From positions 8,976-72,975 of the forward strand of contig JABGQS010000004.1 of NCBI GenBank assembly GCA_018648645.1: a stretch of 64,000 nucleotides of DNA. Reading direction: 5' to 3'. Of the stretch, positions 40,172 through 51,052 are shown in pieces (the stretch's first letter is position 1; the number at the start of each line of letters is the position of its first letter). The stretch comes from Clostridia bacterium (GTDB lineage Bacteria; Bacillota; Clostridia; Christensenellales; SZUA-584). The notes beneath the pieces were generated by a model. The model did not search any database and was not told the DNA's origin. It saw only the letters and a list, made by a program, of their open reading frames with translations. Both the position numbers and the translations under genes were made by a program.

Positions 40172-43153
40172 ATGGCAAAACACAGAAAACCTTCATTAAT
40201 AATACGAGTAGCGCAAAAGCTTGGCGAGTTCTTCGGTTTTATAGGAGATCGTATTAGCTATGCAGGCAAAGCGATTGCTCGCCTATTTAAGAAGGAATCG
40301 TCCAAGACAGCACCTGCTGATTCTGATATCAAGACATCTCAAAGCACACAAGTTTTTGAAAGTGTCGCTTCATCTAAAAGCGTTAAGAGGAAGGGCGAAG
40401 TGCAGCATAAAACGCGCATTTTACCTCATATTTCTAAGGAGCATTTATCGGGAGAAGGTCAGGACCATATCAATATGTTCCGCCCGCAGACAAGAAATCG
40501 AGGTTTTATTATTGGTACAACGCTGACTTCGCTTAAGCTGCTAATGATTGTTATTTTTATGGTTGGCTCTGCCGGAATCGGTACGCTGGTCGGCGTAGCA
40601 AAAGCTTATATGGAAACGACACCGACGCTTGATACAGGAAAGATTGAAAATCAGTCTGAATCTTCGTATATCTATGATAACAATGACGAATTGATTACGG
40701 CTTATACCGGTATTGAAAATCGAGACTGGGCTTCGATAACCGAGATACCTTTGGATCTGCAAAACGCTGTGATTGCAATTGAGGATGTCCGGTTTGAGTA
40801 CCACACCGGAGTAGACGTTAAGAGGCTGCTTGGCGCTTTCCTAAGCAATCTGATGAATGACGATGTTCAGGGAGGCAGTACGCTTACACAGCAGCTGATT
40901 AAAAACCGTCTGCTCACTTTTGACAGAACGTACGAGAGAAAAATACAGGAAGCGTACTTAGCTTTTCAGCTTGAGCAAGCATATTCTAAAGAGGATATAC
41001 TTGAAGCGTATATGAATACTATCCACTTAGGTGCATCCAACTACGGTGTAAAAGCCGCAGCAATGGACTACTTTGGAAAAAGTTTGGATGAGTTAACGCT
41101 GCGTGAGTGCGCAATGATTGCCGGCATCATTCGATATCCATATTACTATAACCCGCGGCGAGCTTACTATAGTGCAGAGCAGCCGGAAATTATCAACGAT
41201 CGAACAGATGACGTTTTGTATCAAATGTATATTTCCGAGTTTATTACTGAAGCTGAGTATCAAGATGCACTCGCCGATACAGTTGCAATTGTAGAGGAGT
41301 CGGTTGTGCTCGAAATGTACGATATGCCGTACTTTGTTGAATACGCCGTATACGATGTAATCACACACTTTTTGAAGCAGCGCAATATGCAAGATACTTC
41401 CGAAAACCGCGCGTCTATTGAGAACGAAATCCGTACAAACGGTTACAGAATATACACGACAGTTGATACGCAGATTCAAACAATTGTTCAGGACAGCCTA
41501 AGCGAGTGGGATAATTATCCAGCGCTGGAGGATGAAAGCGGTTCTGTAATACGTGAAGAGAATGATGGCACTATTACGCAAACTATTCAGCCTCAGGCAG
41601 CAGTTGTTGTTATGGATCACAGCACCGGTGATCTTTTGGCTGTTGTTGGCGGAAGAGAGACGCCTTTGGCTAAGAAAACTTTAAACCGCGCTTATCAAAC
41701 GACGATGCCTGTCGGAAGCTCTATCAAGCCGATCGCAGTTTACGCGCCCGCAATTGACAAGGGATATTCTGACGGCAGCATTGTGCCTAATCTGCCTTTG
41801 CCGATTGACGGCTGGGATTCTGCAAAAGGGTTTCCATTGGGTGGTTCTTCAAAATATGGACCTGTGCCTTTGCGAACCGCGCTTGTAAGCTCGCTAAACA
41901 GCGCTACCGCGTACACGCTGCTCGAATACGTCGGGCTTGCTGATTCTAAAAACTATCTTATTAATCTTGGTGTTAACCCTGCGCACATAAGCGAAACAGG
42001 CGCAGGGCTTGCACTCGGCACCTCCGGCATAACGCCGATTGAAATGGCCGGTGCTTATGCTACTATCGCAAACAGCGGTGTGTATCTTGAACCGTTGTCT
42101 TTCAGATATGTTACCGACAAAGAAGGAAATGTTATATTGAGCGCTGAGCTGATTCGCGAGAAACGACAAGTGTTCAAACCGTCAACAGCTTGGTTGGTTG
42201 CCGATATGTTGGTTGACGCAGTTGAGTATGGCACAGGAACAAGAGCACAAATTGAAGGCATGACTATTGGCGGAAAGACCGGCACAAATCAAAATGCAAC
42301 CGGTGTTTTCTTTGCGGGAATTTCGCCGTACTATACAACAACACTTTGGATTGGTCACGATATGTACGATCCTCTTGCAGACGATGTTTATGCTTCAAAT
42401 TCGGCAGCGCCGCTTTGGCAGTATATTATGAGTCAGTTGCTTGATGGTCTTCCAAACAAAAGTATAATCGAAACTTCTCCGTTGTCGCTTGACCTCGTGT
42501 CTGAACGTATATGCACAGTGTCCGGGCTGCTTGCAACGGACGCTTGCAACGAGGACCCTGGTGACCATACGCCGAAGAACTATTGGTTCTTGGACGGAAC
42601 ACAGCCAACGAAGGAGTGCGATGTGCACGAAATCTACACATTCTGCACAATAAGCGGAAAAATTGCGTCTTCATATTGCCCAACAGACCTTGGGATTCTT
42701 GAGGAACGTTGTTTACTGTTTCTTAAGCAAAGTTCGATATACTGGGATCTCTCGCAAGATAATCGCGATAAGTACCTGCCCGGCACATTCATGGCACTGA
42801 ATGGACTAACTGTTGCCGAATTGACACCCGACATGGAGAATTACCACGAGTATATTTGTGATGTGCATACCGAAGCTTGGCACACCAATCAACAAACGCT
42901 GCTGGCTGCAATTGAGGCAGCGACCGCGCAGATCGAGGTATCCTACGCAGTTCTGAACGACGAGTCTTTGGGGCTGTCAGAGCAGCATAAGCTGGATCTT
43001 CAAGCGAAGATAACCGAGCTGGAGGAACTGATAGCAAACCCGAATTCTACACTTGTTGCTATAGAGCAGGTTACGTTGGAACTGCAAATATTGACAGATA
43101 CACTGCTAACTTTATACAATCCCCCACCGGCGCCAGAAGGTGATGAAGGTTAG
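40172..43153 (+). CDS. Class A penicillin-binding protein (PBP1A family)
   Basis: Transglycosylase EDxRF and QGGSTLTQQL; transpeptidase SxxK (SSIK), SLN and KTG; Cys-rich C-terminal extension. Confidence 0.93.
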   Translation: MAKHRKPSLIIRVAQKLGEFFGFIGDRISYAGKAIARLFKKESSKTAPADSDIKTSQSTQVFESVASSKSVKRKGEVQHKTRILPHISKEHLSGEGQDHINMFRPQTRNRGFIIGTTLTSLKLLMIVIFMVGSAGIGTLVGVAKAYMETTPTLDTGKIENQSESSYIYDNNDELITAYTGIENRDWASITEIPLDLQNAVIAIEDVRFEYHTGVDVKRLLGAFLSNLMNDDVQGGSTLTQQLIKNRLLTFDRTYERKIQEAYLAFQLEQAYSKEDILEAYMNTIHLGASNYGVKAAAMDYFGKSLDELTLRECAMIAGIIRYPYYYNPRRAYYSAEQPEIINDRTDDVLYQMYISEFITEAEYQDALADTVAIVEESVVLEMYDMPYFVEYAVYDVITHFLKQRNMQDTSENRASIENEIRTNGYRIYTTVDTQIQTIVQDSLSEWDNYPALEDESGSVIREENDGTITQTIQPQAAVVVMDHSTGDLLAVVGGRETPLAKKTLNRAYQTTMPVGSSIKPIAVYAPAIDKGYSDGSIVPNLPLPIDGWDSAKGFPLGGSSKYGPVPLRTALVSSLNSATAYTLLEYVGLADSKNYLINLGVNPAHISETGAGLALGTSGITPIEMAGAYATIANSGVYLEPLSFRYVTDKEGNVILSAELIREKRQVFKPSTAWLVADMLVDAVEYGTGTRAQIEGMTIGGKTGTNQNATGVFFAGISPYYTTTLWIGHDMYDPLADDVYASNSAAPLWQYIMSQLLDGLPNKSIIETSPLSLDLVSERICTVSGLLATDACNEDPGDHTPKNYWFLDGTQPTKECDVHEIYTFCTISGKIASSYCPTDLGILEERCLLFLKQSSIYWDLSQDNRDKYLPGTFMALNGLTVAELTPDMENYHEYICDVHTEAWHTNQQTLLAAIEAATAQIEVSYAVLNDESLGLSEQHKLDLQAKITELEELIANPNSTLVAIEQVTLELQILTDTLLTLYNPPPAPEGDEG

Positions 43154-43184
43154 AATTTTGAAGTACACTTTAGAATAATTGTAC

Positions 43185-43214
43185 AAAAAAAGCGCCCATT
43201 ATTGGGTGCTTTTT
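43185..43214. terminator. Bidirectional intrinsic terminator between the PBP gene and pyrE
   Basis: AAAAAAAGCGCCCA-TTAT-TGGGTGCTTTTT between convergent genes. Confidence 0.85.
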
Positions 43215-43222
43215 GTATTGCT

Positions 43223-43789
43223 TTAGATATTTCGGCTGCCGGGCTTAACCGCAGGAGTTCCGCTTTTACATAACGGGCAGCTTTCCGGCTCGAAGCTGAC
43301 TACTTCCATGCTGAGAACAGCTTCAAAAGGCACTCCGAAGTCTACCTGTCCGTTTGACCTGTCAACAATGCTGCCGACGCCGACAACGTTTGCGCCTTTC
43401 TCTTGCACTAATGCTACCACCTCTTTGACAGATCCGCCCGTAGTGACAACATCCTCTACCACAAGAACGTTCGCGTCCTGTGGGATTTCGAAGCCGCGAC
43501 GCAGCGTCATCGCCCCGTTTTGGCGCTCTGCGAATATGTTCTTGACTTTGAGCTGCCTGGACACTTCATATGCCAGAATGATGCCGCCGACTGCAGGCCC
43601 GATAACGATGTCTACACCCTCGAACTTGACTGCGAGCTCTTTCGCGAAAATTTCTGATATGTTTGCGTTTTGAAATAGCTTTGCACACTGCATGTATTTG
43701 TCCGAGTGTCTGCCCGATGTCAGCAGAAAATGACCCTCCTGCATAACGCCCGTGCTTTTAAATATCCGTAAAATTTCATTCTTATCCAA
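43223..43789 (-). CDS. pyrE: Orotate phosphoribosyltransferase
   Basis: [11 protein letters not shown] and [11 protein letters not shown]. Confidence 0.96.
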   Translation of the reverse strand: MDKNEILRIFKSTGVMQEGHFLLTSGRHSDKYMQCAKLFQNANISEIFAKELAVKFEGVDIVIGPAVGGIILAYEVSRQLKVKNIFAERQNGAMTLRRGFEIPQDANVLVVEDVVTTGGSVKEVVALVQEKGANVVGVGSIVDRSNGQVDFGVPFEAVLSMEVVSFEPESCPLCKSGTPAVKPGSRNI

Positions 43790-43791
43790 TG

Positions 43792-44697
43792 TTAAACCTC
43801 CAATGCGCCTGTGAGCGCGCTTATTTTATCTATTTCCATCTGCTCTGCGTACTGTTCAAGCTCATCTAGTATCGTTAGCGATGCGCTCGGGTCTATCAAG
43901 TTTGCTGTACCCGTCATCACGGCCGTTGCGCCGCACAACATGAACTCTGCCACGTCTGCGCCCGTCATAATACCGCCCATGCCAATCACGGGGATATCAA
44001 CGGCGTTTGACACGTCGTACACCATTTTTAGCGCAACAGGCTTGATACACGGGCCCGAAAGACCGCCGGTCACGTTGCCGAGGATCGGTCGTTTGGTATA
44101 TGCGTCAACTGCCATTGCAGGAAGCGTGTTGATAAGTGATATCGCATCTGCACCCGCGCTTTGCACAGCTCTCGCAATAGCTGATATATCGCTCGCCGAC
44201 GGCGTCAGTTTAACAATAAGAGGTTTTTTTGACACAGATTTAGCTGCGCTGACAACGCTTACTGCCGCTTGCTTTTCTACGCCGAAGCTAAGACCGCCTT
44301 GTTTTACGTTAGGGCAGGATATGTTCAGCTCGAAAAAGTCAATACCGGTATCGTTAAGCTGCTCAATGACAGTAACGTAATCGTTGATGCTGCTGCCTGC
44401 AACATTAGCTATTATCGTTGTGTCCAGCTTTTCGACTTTTTGCATAGTTTTACTTAGAAATGCTTCTACGCCGGGGTTTTGCAGACCCACGCTGTTGATA
44501 ATCCCCGATGCTGTTTCAGCTATGCGTGGTGGTTTGTTACCAATACGTTTTTCGGGTGTGAGTGATTTGAGCGCAATTCCGCCTAGTTTGCTTACATCTA
44601 TGAACCAAGAGTGCTGCTCACCAAAGGCAAATGTTCCGGATGCTGCTATGATTGGGTTTTTAAGCTGTTTGCCGCACAGCGTTATATTCATATCCAT
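43792..44697 (-). CDS. pyrD: Dihydroorotate dehydrogenase 1B catalytic subunit
   Basis: [19 protein letters not shown] and [10 protein letters not shown]. Confidence 0.96.
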   Translation of the reverse strand: MDMNITLCGKQLKNPIIAASGTFAFGEQHSWFIDVSKLGGIALKSLTPEKRIGNKPPRIAETASGIINSVGLQNPGVEAFLSKTMQKVEKLDTTIIANVAGSSINDYVTVIEQLNDTGIDFFELNISCPNVKQGGLSFGVEKQAAVSVVSAAKSVSKKPLIVKLTPSASDISAIARAVQSAGADAISLINTLPAMAVDAYTKRPILGNVTGGLSGPCIKPVALKMVYDVSNAVDIPVIGMGGIMTGADVAEFMLCGATAVMTGTANLIDPSASLTILDELEQYAEQMEIDKISALTGALEV

Positions 44698-45474
44698 TTA
44701 TAGCACCACCTCGTTTAGATCGAACACAGGACCTTCGATGCATGCTTTCTTATAATCGAGTCCGGCGCCGTTGTTGATAGCGCAAACGCACACAGCGCAT
44801 GCACCGAATCCGCAGCACATACGCTGCTCGAGAGAAACTTGTGTTGGAATGTTGCCGACAGCCGCCTTTAGAGACTTTAGCATTGGACCCGGTCCGCACG
44901 AAAGAACAACATCCGGGGTTACTTCCAAAAGACAGTCTGACAGCGAGTCGGTTACGAAACCTTTGATCCCTACCGTGCCGTCGTCTGATGAAATATAGGT
45001 TTTGTCGCTTACAGCTTGAAAATCTTTGCTGCAATATGTGCAATCTTTGCTGCGATAACCAAGAAACGCGTGGTAATCTCTGTCCGGCCATTTTTTTGTG
45101 ACGGGTAATAGCGGCGCAATGCCAACGCCTCCGCCGACCAAAAAAACAGTTTTGTCGCTGGCTTTGAGGTTGAATCCGCGTCCAATCGGCAAAATCGATT
45201 TGATTTTCTCGCCGGGCTGCGCGGACAGAAGTGCTTGTGTGCCTTGCCCAACCGGTTGGTAAACCAACGTAATTAATCCTTGCTCCACGTCCACTTTGTT
45301 TATACTTATGGGGCGCTTTAGCAGCAAGTCGCTGCGGTTTGGTATGTCGATGTTCGCAAACTGACCAGGCACGAAATGCACTAAGTCAGCTTCATCGCTT
45401 TGCAGCACGAGCTCGTATATGCGGTTTGCGATCGCTTTATTAGAAACAATTGTTGTAACTACATTCTTAAGCAT
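44698..45474 (-). CDS. pyrK: Dihydroorotate dehydrogenase electron transfer subunit
   Basis: RPIS, GGGVGIAP and MCCGFGACAVC...CIEGPVF. Confidence 0.94.
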   Translation of the reverse strand: MLKNVVTTIVSNKAIANRIYELVLQSDEADLVHFVPGQFANIDIPNRSDLLLKRPISINKVDVEQGLITLVYQPVGQGTQALLSAQPGEKIKSILPIGRGFNLKASDKTVFLVGGGVGIAPLLPVTKKWPDRDYHAFLGYRSKDCTYCSKDFQAVSDKTYISSDDGTVGIKGFVTDSLSDCLLEVTPDVVLSCGPGPMLKSLKAAVGNIPTQVSLEQRMCCGFGACAVCVCAINNGAGLDYKKACIEGPVFDLNEVVL

Positions 45475-45482
45475 ATATATCC

Positions 45483-46538
45483 TTATCCTTGTGTCATCAT
45501 GTCAATAAACTCGTCAAAAAGATACGCCGAATCCTCCGGTCCCGGTGAAGCTTCGGGGTGAAACTGTACGGTGAACATGTTGTGATCTGTGTATCTGAGA
45601 CCTTCGATGGTCATATCGTTCCAGTTGCGATGACTAACGACAAGCCCCTGCGGGAGTGTGTCTTCAATGATCGTATATCCGTGATTTTGTGATGTAATAT
45701 ACACCCTGTTCTTGTCCATATCCTTGACAGGATGGTTTGCGCCTCTGTGTCCGTATTTGAGCTTCTGCGTGTCTGCACCCATTGCAAGAGATAAGAGCTG
45801 GTGACCTAGGCAAATCCCGAAGATCGGCGCCGTGCCGACAAGCTTTTTCAAGTTAGCAATAACTTCCTCGTTGTCCTTTGGGTCACCGGGACCGTTGGTC
45901 AGCATTATACCGTCAAAGTTGCCCGCAATGATGTCGTCTGCGCTTGTGCGTGCGGGAAAAACAGTGACTGCACAATTTCTGTTTTCCAGGCTGCGGATTA
46001 TGTTTCGCTTTAACCCGTAATCGAGCACGGCGACTCTTAAACCGCCGTCGCAATATTCGTACTTCTCACCACAAGTTACTCTGTCTACAGGCAGCTTGCA
46101 CTCGTGTATCTTCATCGCGTCGATTTGCTCGTCTGTCGGCTCACCCTGAGTGATGATGCCGCGCATTGTACCTTTTTCTCGAATTATCTTTGTGAGCGCG
46201 CGAGTGTCGATGTCGCAAAAACCGCAGATGTCGTGCCTGGTGAGATAGTCTTCTATAGTGCCTTTGCACCGCCAGTTAGACGGGGTTTCGCAAACTTCGC
46301 GTACGATGAAGCCGTTTACCTGCGGACGCGCAGATTCTATATCTATATCGTTTACACCGTAGTTTCCGATTAGCGGGTAGGTCATTGTAACGATTTGTCC
46401 GCAATATGACGGGTCGGTGAGTACTTCCTGATAGCCCGTCATGCTCGTATTGAACACAACCTCTCCGGTTATATCTTTCTTGGCACCAAAGCTTTTTCCG
46501 ATAAATCTTGTTCCGTCTTCCAATGTGAGTATTGCCAT
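45483..46538 (-). CDS. carA: Carbamoyl-phosphate synthase small subunit
   Basis: GEVVFNTSMTGYQEVLTDPSY, GICLGHQ and QFHPEASPGP. Confidence 0.97.
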   Translation of the reverse strand: MAILTLEDGTRFIGKSFGAKKDITGEVVFNTSMTGYQEVLTDPSYCGQIVTMTYPLIGNYGVNDIDIESARPQVNGFIVREVCETPSNWRCKGTIEDYLTRHDICGFCDIDTRALTKIIREKGTMRGIITQGEPTDEQIDAMKIHECKLPVDRVTCGEKYEYCDGGLRVAVLDYGLKRNIIRSLENRNCAVTVFPARTSADDIIAGNFDGIMLTNGPGDPKDNEEVIANLKKLVGTAPIFGICLGHQLLSLAMGADTQKLKYGHRGANHPVKDMDKNRVYITSQNHGYTIIEDTLPQGLVVSHRNWNDMTIEGLRYTDHNMFTVQFHPEASPGPEDSAYLFDEFIDMMTQG

Positions 46539-46546
46539 TGTCTCTC

Positions 46547-47434
46547 CTATAACTCTACGCCGCATCGCGAGAATGCAGCCAATATATCCTGTTTCATGTC
46601 AAGCACAGCCTGCCGCGCAGCTTTGCCGGGTACATTGCTGTACATCTCTTTCTTATACGCCAGCAGAATACCGCGCGATGAATTGACCACGCCGCCGAGC
46701 CCTTGTTTGTCAAAGTTGACAGCGATGTCGTCCGCACCTGCACCCTGCGCGCCGTAGCCCGGCACCAGAAAGAACGTCTGATTCATGCGCTGCCGAAGCT
46801 CTTGCGCCTGCTGCGGATAGGTCGCGCCGACAACTGCGCCAACGCTGCTGTATCCGTAATCTCCAACCAGACCGCTTCCCCATTCGCTCACTTTGTCTGC
46901 CATAACTTGATACAGCTTTTTGCCGCTTACATCAAGGTCTTGGAACTGCCCGCCCGATGGGTTGGACGTTTTAACTAGTGCGAATATGCCTTTGCCCGTT
47001 TGCTCGCAGTCTTCAAGAAACGGCTGAATACCATCAATTCCAAGGTATGCGTTGACTGTAATGAAGTCTGCTGCGCTGTTTACTATATAAGCTGTCGAGT
47101 ATGCCTTCGCCGTGCTGCCGATGTCGTTGCGCTTTACATCCGCAATCACTATCAGCCCGTTGTCGCTTGCGTAGCTCATGGTGTCAAAAAAGCACTTCAT
47201 ACCATGATACCCGTACTGTTCGTAATATGCAACCTGTACTTTGACTGACGGTGCGATGTCTTTGACCGCGTTAATTATGTCACAGTTGTATTTATAAATA
47301 CTTTTGGAAATTTCGCTGTATGTTGGGCTATCTGACTTGTAAGCATCCGTCAAGTACTCGTAGCTCGTATCCAGCCCAACGCAGATAGGGCATCTTGTTT
47401 TCTTAATTGCATTGCACAAATCATCAATTTTCAT
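46547..47434 (-). CDS. pyrF: Orotidine-5'-phosphate decarboxylase (long type)
   Basis: DVKRNDIGST, KTSNPS, LVPGYGAQG and NSSRGI. Confidence 0.95.
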   Translation of the reverse strand: MKIDDLCNAIKKTRCPICVGLDTSYEYLTDAYKSDSPTYSEISKSIYKYNCDIINAVKDIAPSVKVQVAYYEQYGYHGMKCFFDTMSYASDNGLIVIADVKRNDIGSTAKAYSTAYIVNSAADFITVNAYLGIDGIQPFLEDCEQTGKGIFALVKTSNPSGGQFQDLDVSGKKLYQVMADKVSEWGSGLVGDYGYSSVGAVVGATYPQQAQELRQRMNQTFFLVPGYGAQGAGADDIAVNFDKQGLGGVVNSSRGILLAYKKEMYSNVPGKAARQAVLDMKQDILAAFSRCGVEL

Positions 47435-48694
47435 TTAATTCGCCTCGTATACGAGCTCGCCATCCACAATTGTGTGCGTGACAACCCCTTTTAGTTTTTG
47501 ACCGATAAACGGTGAGTTCTTACCTTTTGATATGATGCTCTGCTCAGTGAACGTGTACTGCTTGCTCATATCAGCTATTGTAATGTCAGCAAAACTGCCG
47601 TTCTCGATTACGCCGCTTTTCTTTTCTATAATTCTGGCCGGGTTTACGCTGAACAATTCTGCAAGTTTGTCGGCATCGTCAGTTAGATTCGTTACAGCCA
47701 GAGAAAACGCCGTTTCGAAGCCGCTTATACCCGACGCAGCAAGCGCAAACTCAATCTTTTTCTCGTCTTTGTGGTGTGGCGCGTGGTCTGTTGCAATAGC
47801 GTCGATTGTGCCGTCCAGCAGCCCTGCTTTGACAGCCTTAACATCGCCCTTTTCTCTAAGCGGGGGGTTGACTTTTGTGTTTGCGTCAAAACCGGCGCAC
47901 ATGCTGTCGTCTGCGCTGAAGTAGTGCGGAGCGCTTTCGCAAGTGACACGAGTACCTTTAGCCTTGGCAGCTCTTATCAGCTCAATACCGCCCGCTGTGG
48001 ACACGTGTTGAATGTGCAGCTTTAGTCCGTAAGTCTGCGCCAAAAGCAGGTCTCTGGCAATCATAGCCTCTTCCGCAACGCGCGAGATGCCCGGCATACC
48101 AAGCACTGTAGATTGGTAGCCTTCGTTCATGATACCTTCGCCTTTGATGGAGAGGTCTTCCTCGTGTGCCATTATCATTTTGCCGTATGTTTGCGCGTAC
48201 ATCATGGCTCGCCTCATCATTGCGCCGCTCTCTATCGGGTGACCATCGTCGCTGAACGCTACACAACCGAGGCTGCTCATTTCACCCATTTCGGTGAGCT
48301 CTTTGCCGCTGAGACCAACCGAAGCTGCACCGACCGGATATACCTTTGCCGGGGCGCGTCTGGCGCGGTCATTAACGAGCGCTACAACGGCGGCTGTGTC
48401 CATAACAGGCTTAGTATTTGGCATACAGCATACGGCGGTATAGCCACCCTTAACCGCAGCTTTCGTGCCGCTCATGATGTCTTCCTTGTACTCCTGCCCC
48501 GGCTCTCGCAAGTGGCAGTGAAGGTCTATGAATCCCGGGAAAACTGTTAGCCCGGCTGCGTCGATAACGCGCTCAGCATCGCCGACATCTTTGCCGATGG
48601 CACTAATTTTGCCGTCTTCAATCAGAATATCTAGTTTGCCGAATTGTTCACCCGCAGGATTTACAATATCCCCGCCTGAAATTTTAAGCTTCAT
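47435..48694 (-). CDS. pyrC: Dihydroorotase
   Basis: DLHCHLREPG, KVNPPLR and ATDHAPH. Confidence 0.96.
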   Translation of the reverse strand: MKLKISGGDIVNPAGEQFGKLDILIEDGKISAIGKDVGDAERVIDAAGLTVFPGFIDLHCHLREPGQEYKEDIMSGTKAAVKGGYTAVCCMPNTKPVMDTAAVVALVNDRARRAPAKVYPVGAASVGLSGKELTEMGEMSSLGCVAFSDDGHPIESGAMMRRAMMYAQTYGKMIMAHEEDLSIKGEGIMNEGYQSTVLGMPGISRVAEEAMIARDLLLAQTYGLKLHIQHVSTAGGIELIRAAKAKGTRVTCESAPHYFSADDSMCAGFDANTKVNPPLREKGDVKAVKAGLLDGTIDAIATDHAPHHKDEKKIEFALAASGISGFETAFSLAVTNLTDDADKLAELFSVNPARIIEKKSGVIENGSFADITIADMSKQYTFTEQSIISKGKNSPFIGQKLKGVVTHTIVDGELVYEAN

Positions 48695-49616
48695 TATTCT
48701 TACTCCTTGTTAGTATATAAAGCAGTGCCATTCGCACGGCAACGCCGTTAGTGACCTGCGTGTCTATCACACTAAAATCTGCATCCATGACCGCGCTGCT
48801 AAGCTCTACCCCTCGGTTAACGGGACCCGGATGCATTATCATTACACCTTTTTTGCACTTGTCAATTACATCGTCATTTATGCCGAAGAAAGTGTGATAC
48901 TCTCTGTTGGATGGCAGCAGTCCGCCTTTTTGACGCTCTTTCTGAATGCGCAGCGCCATTACAACGTCTGCATCCTTAACCGACTCGATAAGGTTGTTAG
49001 ATACAGTGACACCCGTCCGCTCTATTGCGCAGGGCATCATAGTGTCCATGCCGCAAATTGTTACGTTTGCGCCGAGCTTTGTCAGTCCCCAAATGTTGCT
49101 TCGTGCAACGCGGCTGTGCATGATATCGCCGATTATCGTTACGTTTAGACCCTTTAGTTCGCCAAACTTCTCTTTCATGGTAAACATATCGAGCAAGCCT
49201 TGTGTCGGATGCTCGTGCATACCGTCGCCTGCGTTAAGCACGCTGCCGCTAAAGTTGTCACCAAGAAACTTGGGCGCGCCTGCAAGCGGGTGGCGTATAA
49301 TCACGATGTCTGTGCCCATTGCTTCAAGTGTTTTGCCCGTGTCGAGAAGCGTTTCGCCTTTTTGTACGCTGCTTGTCGAAACGCCAAGGTTGCTGACAGT
49401 TGCGCCAAGATATTTTCCCGCAAGCTCGAAGCTCATCCTCGTTCTCGTGCTGTTTTCATAAAACAACGACACGATGGACTTGCCCTGCAAGTGCGGCATC
49501 TTTTTTGCGCTTTGCATAAGCAGCTCTTTCATTGTGGCTGCAGACTCGATAATGTAGCTGATCTCCTCGCTTGGCATGTATTGCAGACCAAGCACATCTT
49601 TACTTTGTAATAACAT
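48684..49616 (-). CDS. pyrB: Aspartate carbamoyltransferase catalytic subunit
   Basis: FYENSTRT, HPTQ, RIQKER and HPGPVNRG. Confidence 0.97.
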   Translation of the reverse strand: MLLQSKDVLGLQYMPSEEISYIIESAATMKELLMQSAKKMPHLQGKSIVSLFYENSTRTRMSFELAGKYLGATVSNLGVSTSSVQKGETLLDTGKTLEAMGTDIVIIRHPLAGAPKFLGDNFSGSVLNAGDGMHEHPTQGLLDMFTMKEKFGELKGLNVTIIGDIMHSRVARSNIWGLTKLGANVTICGMDTMMPCAIERTGVTVSNNLIESVKDADVVMALRIQKERQKGGLLPSNREYHTFFGINDDVIDKCKKGVMIMHPGPVNRGVELSSAVMDADFSVIDTQVTNGVAVRMALLYILTRSKNNEA

Positions 49617-49680
49617 TATTTACTCCGTTTTGGTTGTGCGAAGGGAGTCTCCTCCCCTCGCCAACTCAGTTATTCTTGTA

Positions 49681-51003
49681 TTACTTCTCTTCTTCTGTTG
49701 CAGATTCGTCTGTTGTACTTTCTTCTGCCAATTTTGCTTCCTTAGATTTATCAAACTTGTCTTTACCCGGAAGCACAGCGTTAAGTATAATACCTGCAAA
49801 CGCCGCGAGCGCGATTCCCGATATCGAGAAGCTGCTGTTGATTGGAACTGTTATGCCAATACCAATGATGAGTACTATAGACAGTATCAACAGATTCCTG
49901 CTGCTTGTGAAGTCTACCTTTGCTTCTGCCATAGTTCTGATACCGATGGCCGCAATCATTCCGAACAATACGATGCTCATGCCGCCGATGACAGGCTGCG
50001 GTATGCTTTGCAGGAATCCGGCAAAGTATCCGATTACAGACAATACCATCGCATATATTGCTGCGATTCTGATAATCTGCGGGTTATAGTTCTTGGTGAT
50101 AGCAAGCACGCCTGTGTTTTCGCCGTATGTCGTGTTTGCCGGTCCGCCGATGAGTCCTGCGAACATAGTTGCAACACCGTCTCCAATGAGTGTTCTGTGA
50201 AGACCAGGATCTTTGAAAAAGTCTTTTCCCACAACGCTGCCGTTTGTTGTGATGTCGCCTATGTGTTCCATAAACGTTGCGATTGAAATCGGTATAATAA
50301 GCAGTATCGCCGTCCAACTGAACTTGGGCAAGTGGAAGTTTGGCAGTTCAATAATCCTTGATGTAACGATAGGCTCAAAGCTCATCAATGCGCCTGTGGT
50401 TTCCGGAACAGCTACTGTAAAGTGCAGTATAACTGCTACAATGTAGCCAACAACAAGACCTAAAAGAATAGGCAATAGCTTGAAGAACCCTTTGATGCAG
50501 ATTGACACAACAACAACCGTTACTACGACAGATGCGGCAACAACCCATTTCGTCCAGAGCAATCCACCAACAAAGTCGGCAGTGATGTCATTAAACAGCA
50601 CTGTCGGAGCTAGTGTAAGACCGATAACGATGATAACCGGTCCTGTTACAATTGCAGGGAACAGTCTTTTAATTTTACCTGGACCAATAAGCTTTGTTAT
50701 TAACGCAAAGATAAGATAGCAGGCACCGGCGCAAATGATTGCACCAGTTGCAAATTCTTTTCCTTCGGTTTCTACAACAAACTTGATTGCCATCATAAAC
50801 GCAAAACTTGAACCGAGAAATACCGGCACCTTACGTTTTGTGATGAAGTGAAACAGCAGTGTTCCGCCGCCCGCCGCAAATAGTGCGACAGCAGGATCGA
50901 GCCCTGTGATTGCCGGTACTACGATTGTAGCACCAAACATGGCAAACAGATGCTGCAACCCCAGTATTAGCTTGTGCCCCCAACTTTGGTTCGCTTTTTC
51001 CAT
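49681..51003 (-). CDS. uraA: Uracil permease (NCS2 family)
   Basis: QHLFAMFG, EHIGD and TTYGEN. Confidence 0.92.
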   Translation of the reverse strand: MEKANQSWGHKLILGLQHLFAMFGATIVVPAITGLDPAVALFAAGGGTLLFHFITKRKVPVFLGSSFAFMMAIKFVVETEGKEFATGAIICAGACYLIFALITKLIGPGKIKRLFPAIVTGPVIIVIGLTLAPTVLFNDITADFVGGLLWTKWVVAASVVVTVVVVSICIKGFFKLLPILLGLVVGYIVAVILHFTVAVPETTGALMSFEPIVTSRIIELPNFHLPKFSWTAILLIIPISIATFMEHIGDITTNGSVVGKDFFKDPGLHRTLIGDGVATMFAGLIGGPANTTYGENTGVLAITKNYNPQIIRIAAIYAMVLSVIGYFAGFLQSIPQPVIGGMSIVLFGMIAAIGIRTMAEAKVDFTSSRNLLILSIVLIIGIGITVPINSSFSISGIALAAFAGIILNAVLPGKDKFDKSKEAKLAEESTTDESATEEEK

Positions 51004-51052
51004 GATGTACCTCCAACTAATTATGTATTATTTCGCGGTTGTTAACCGCATT

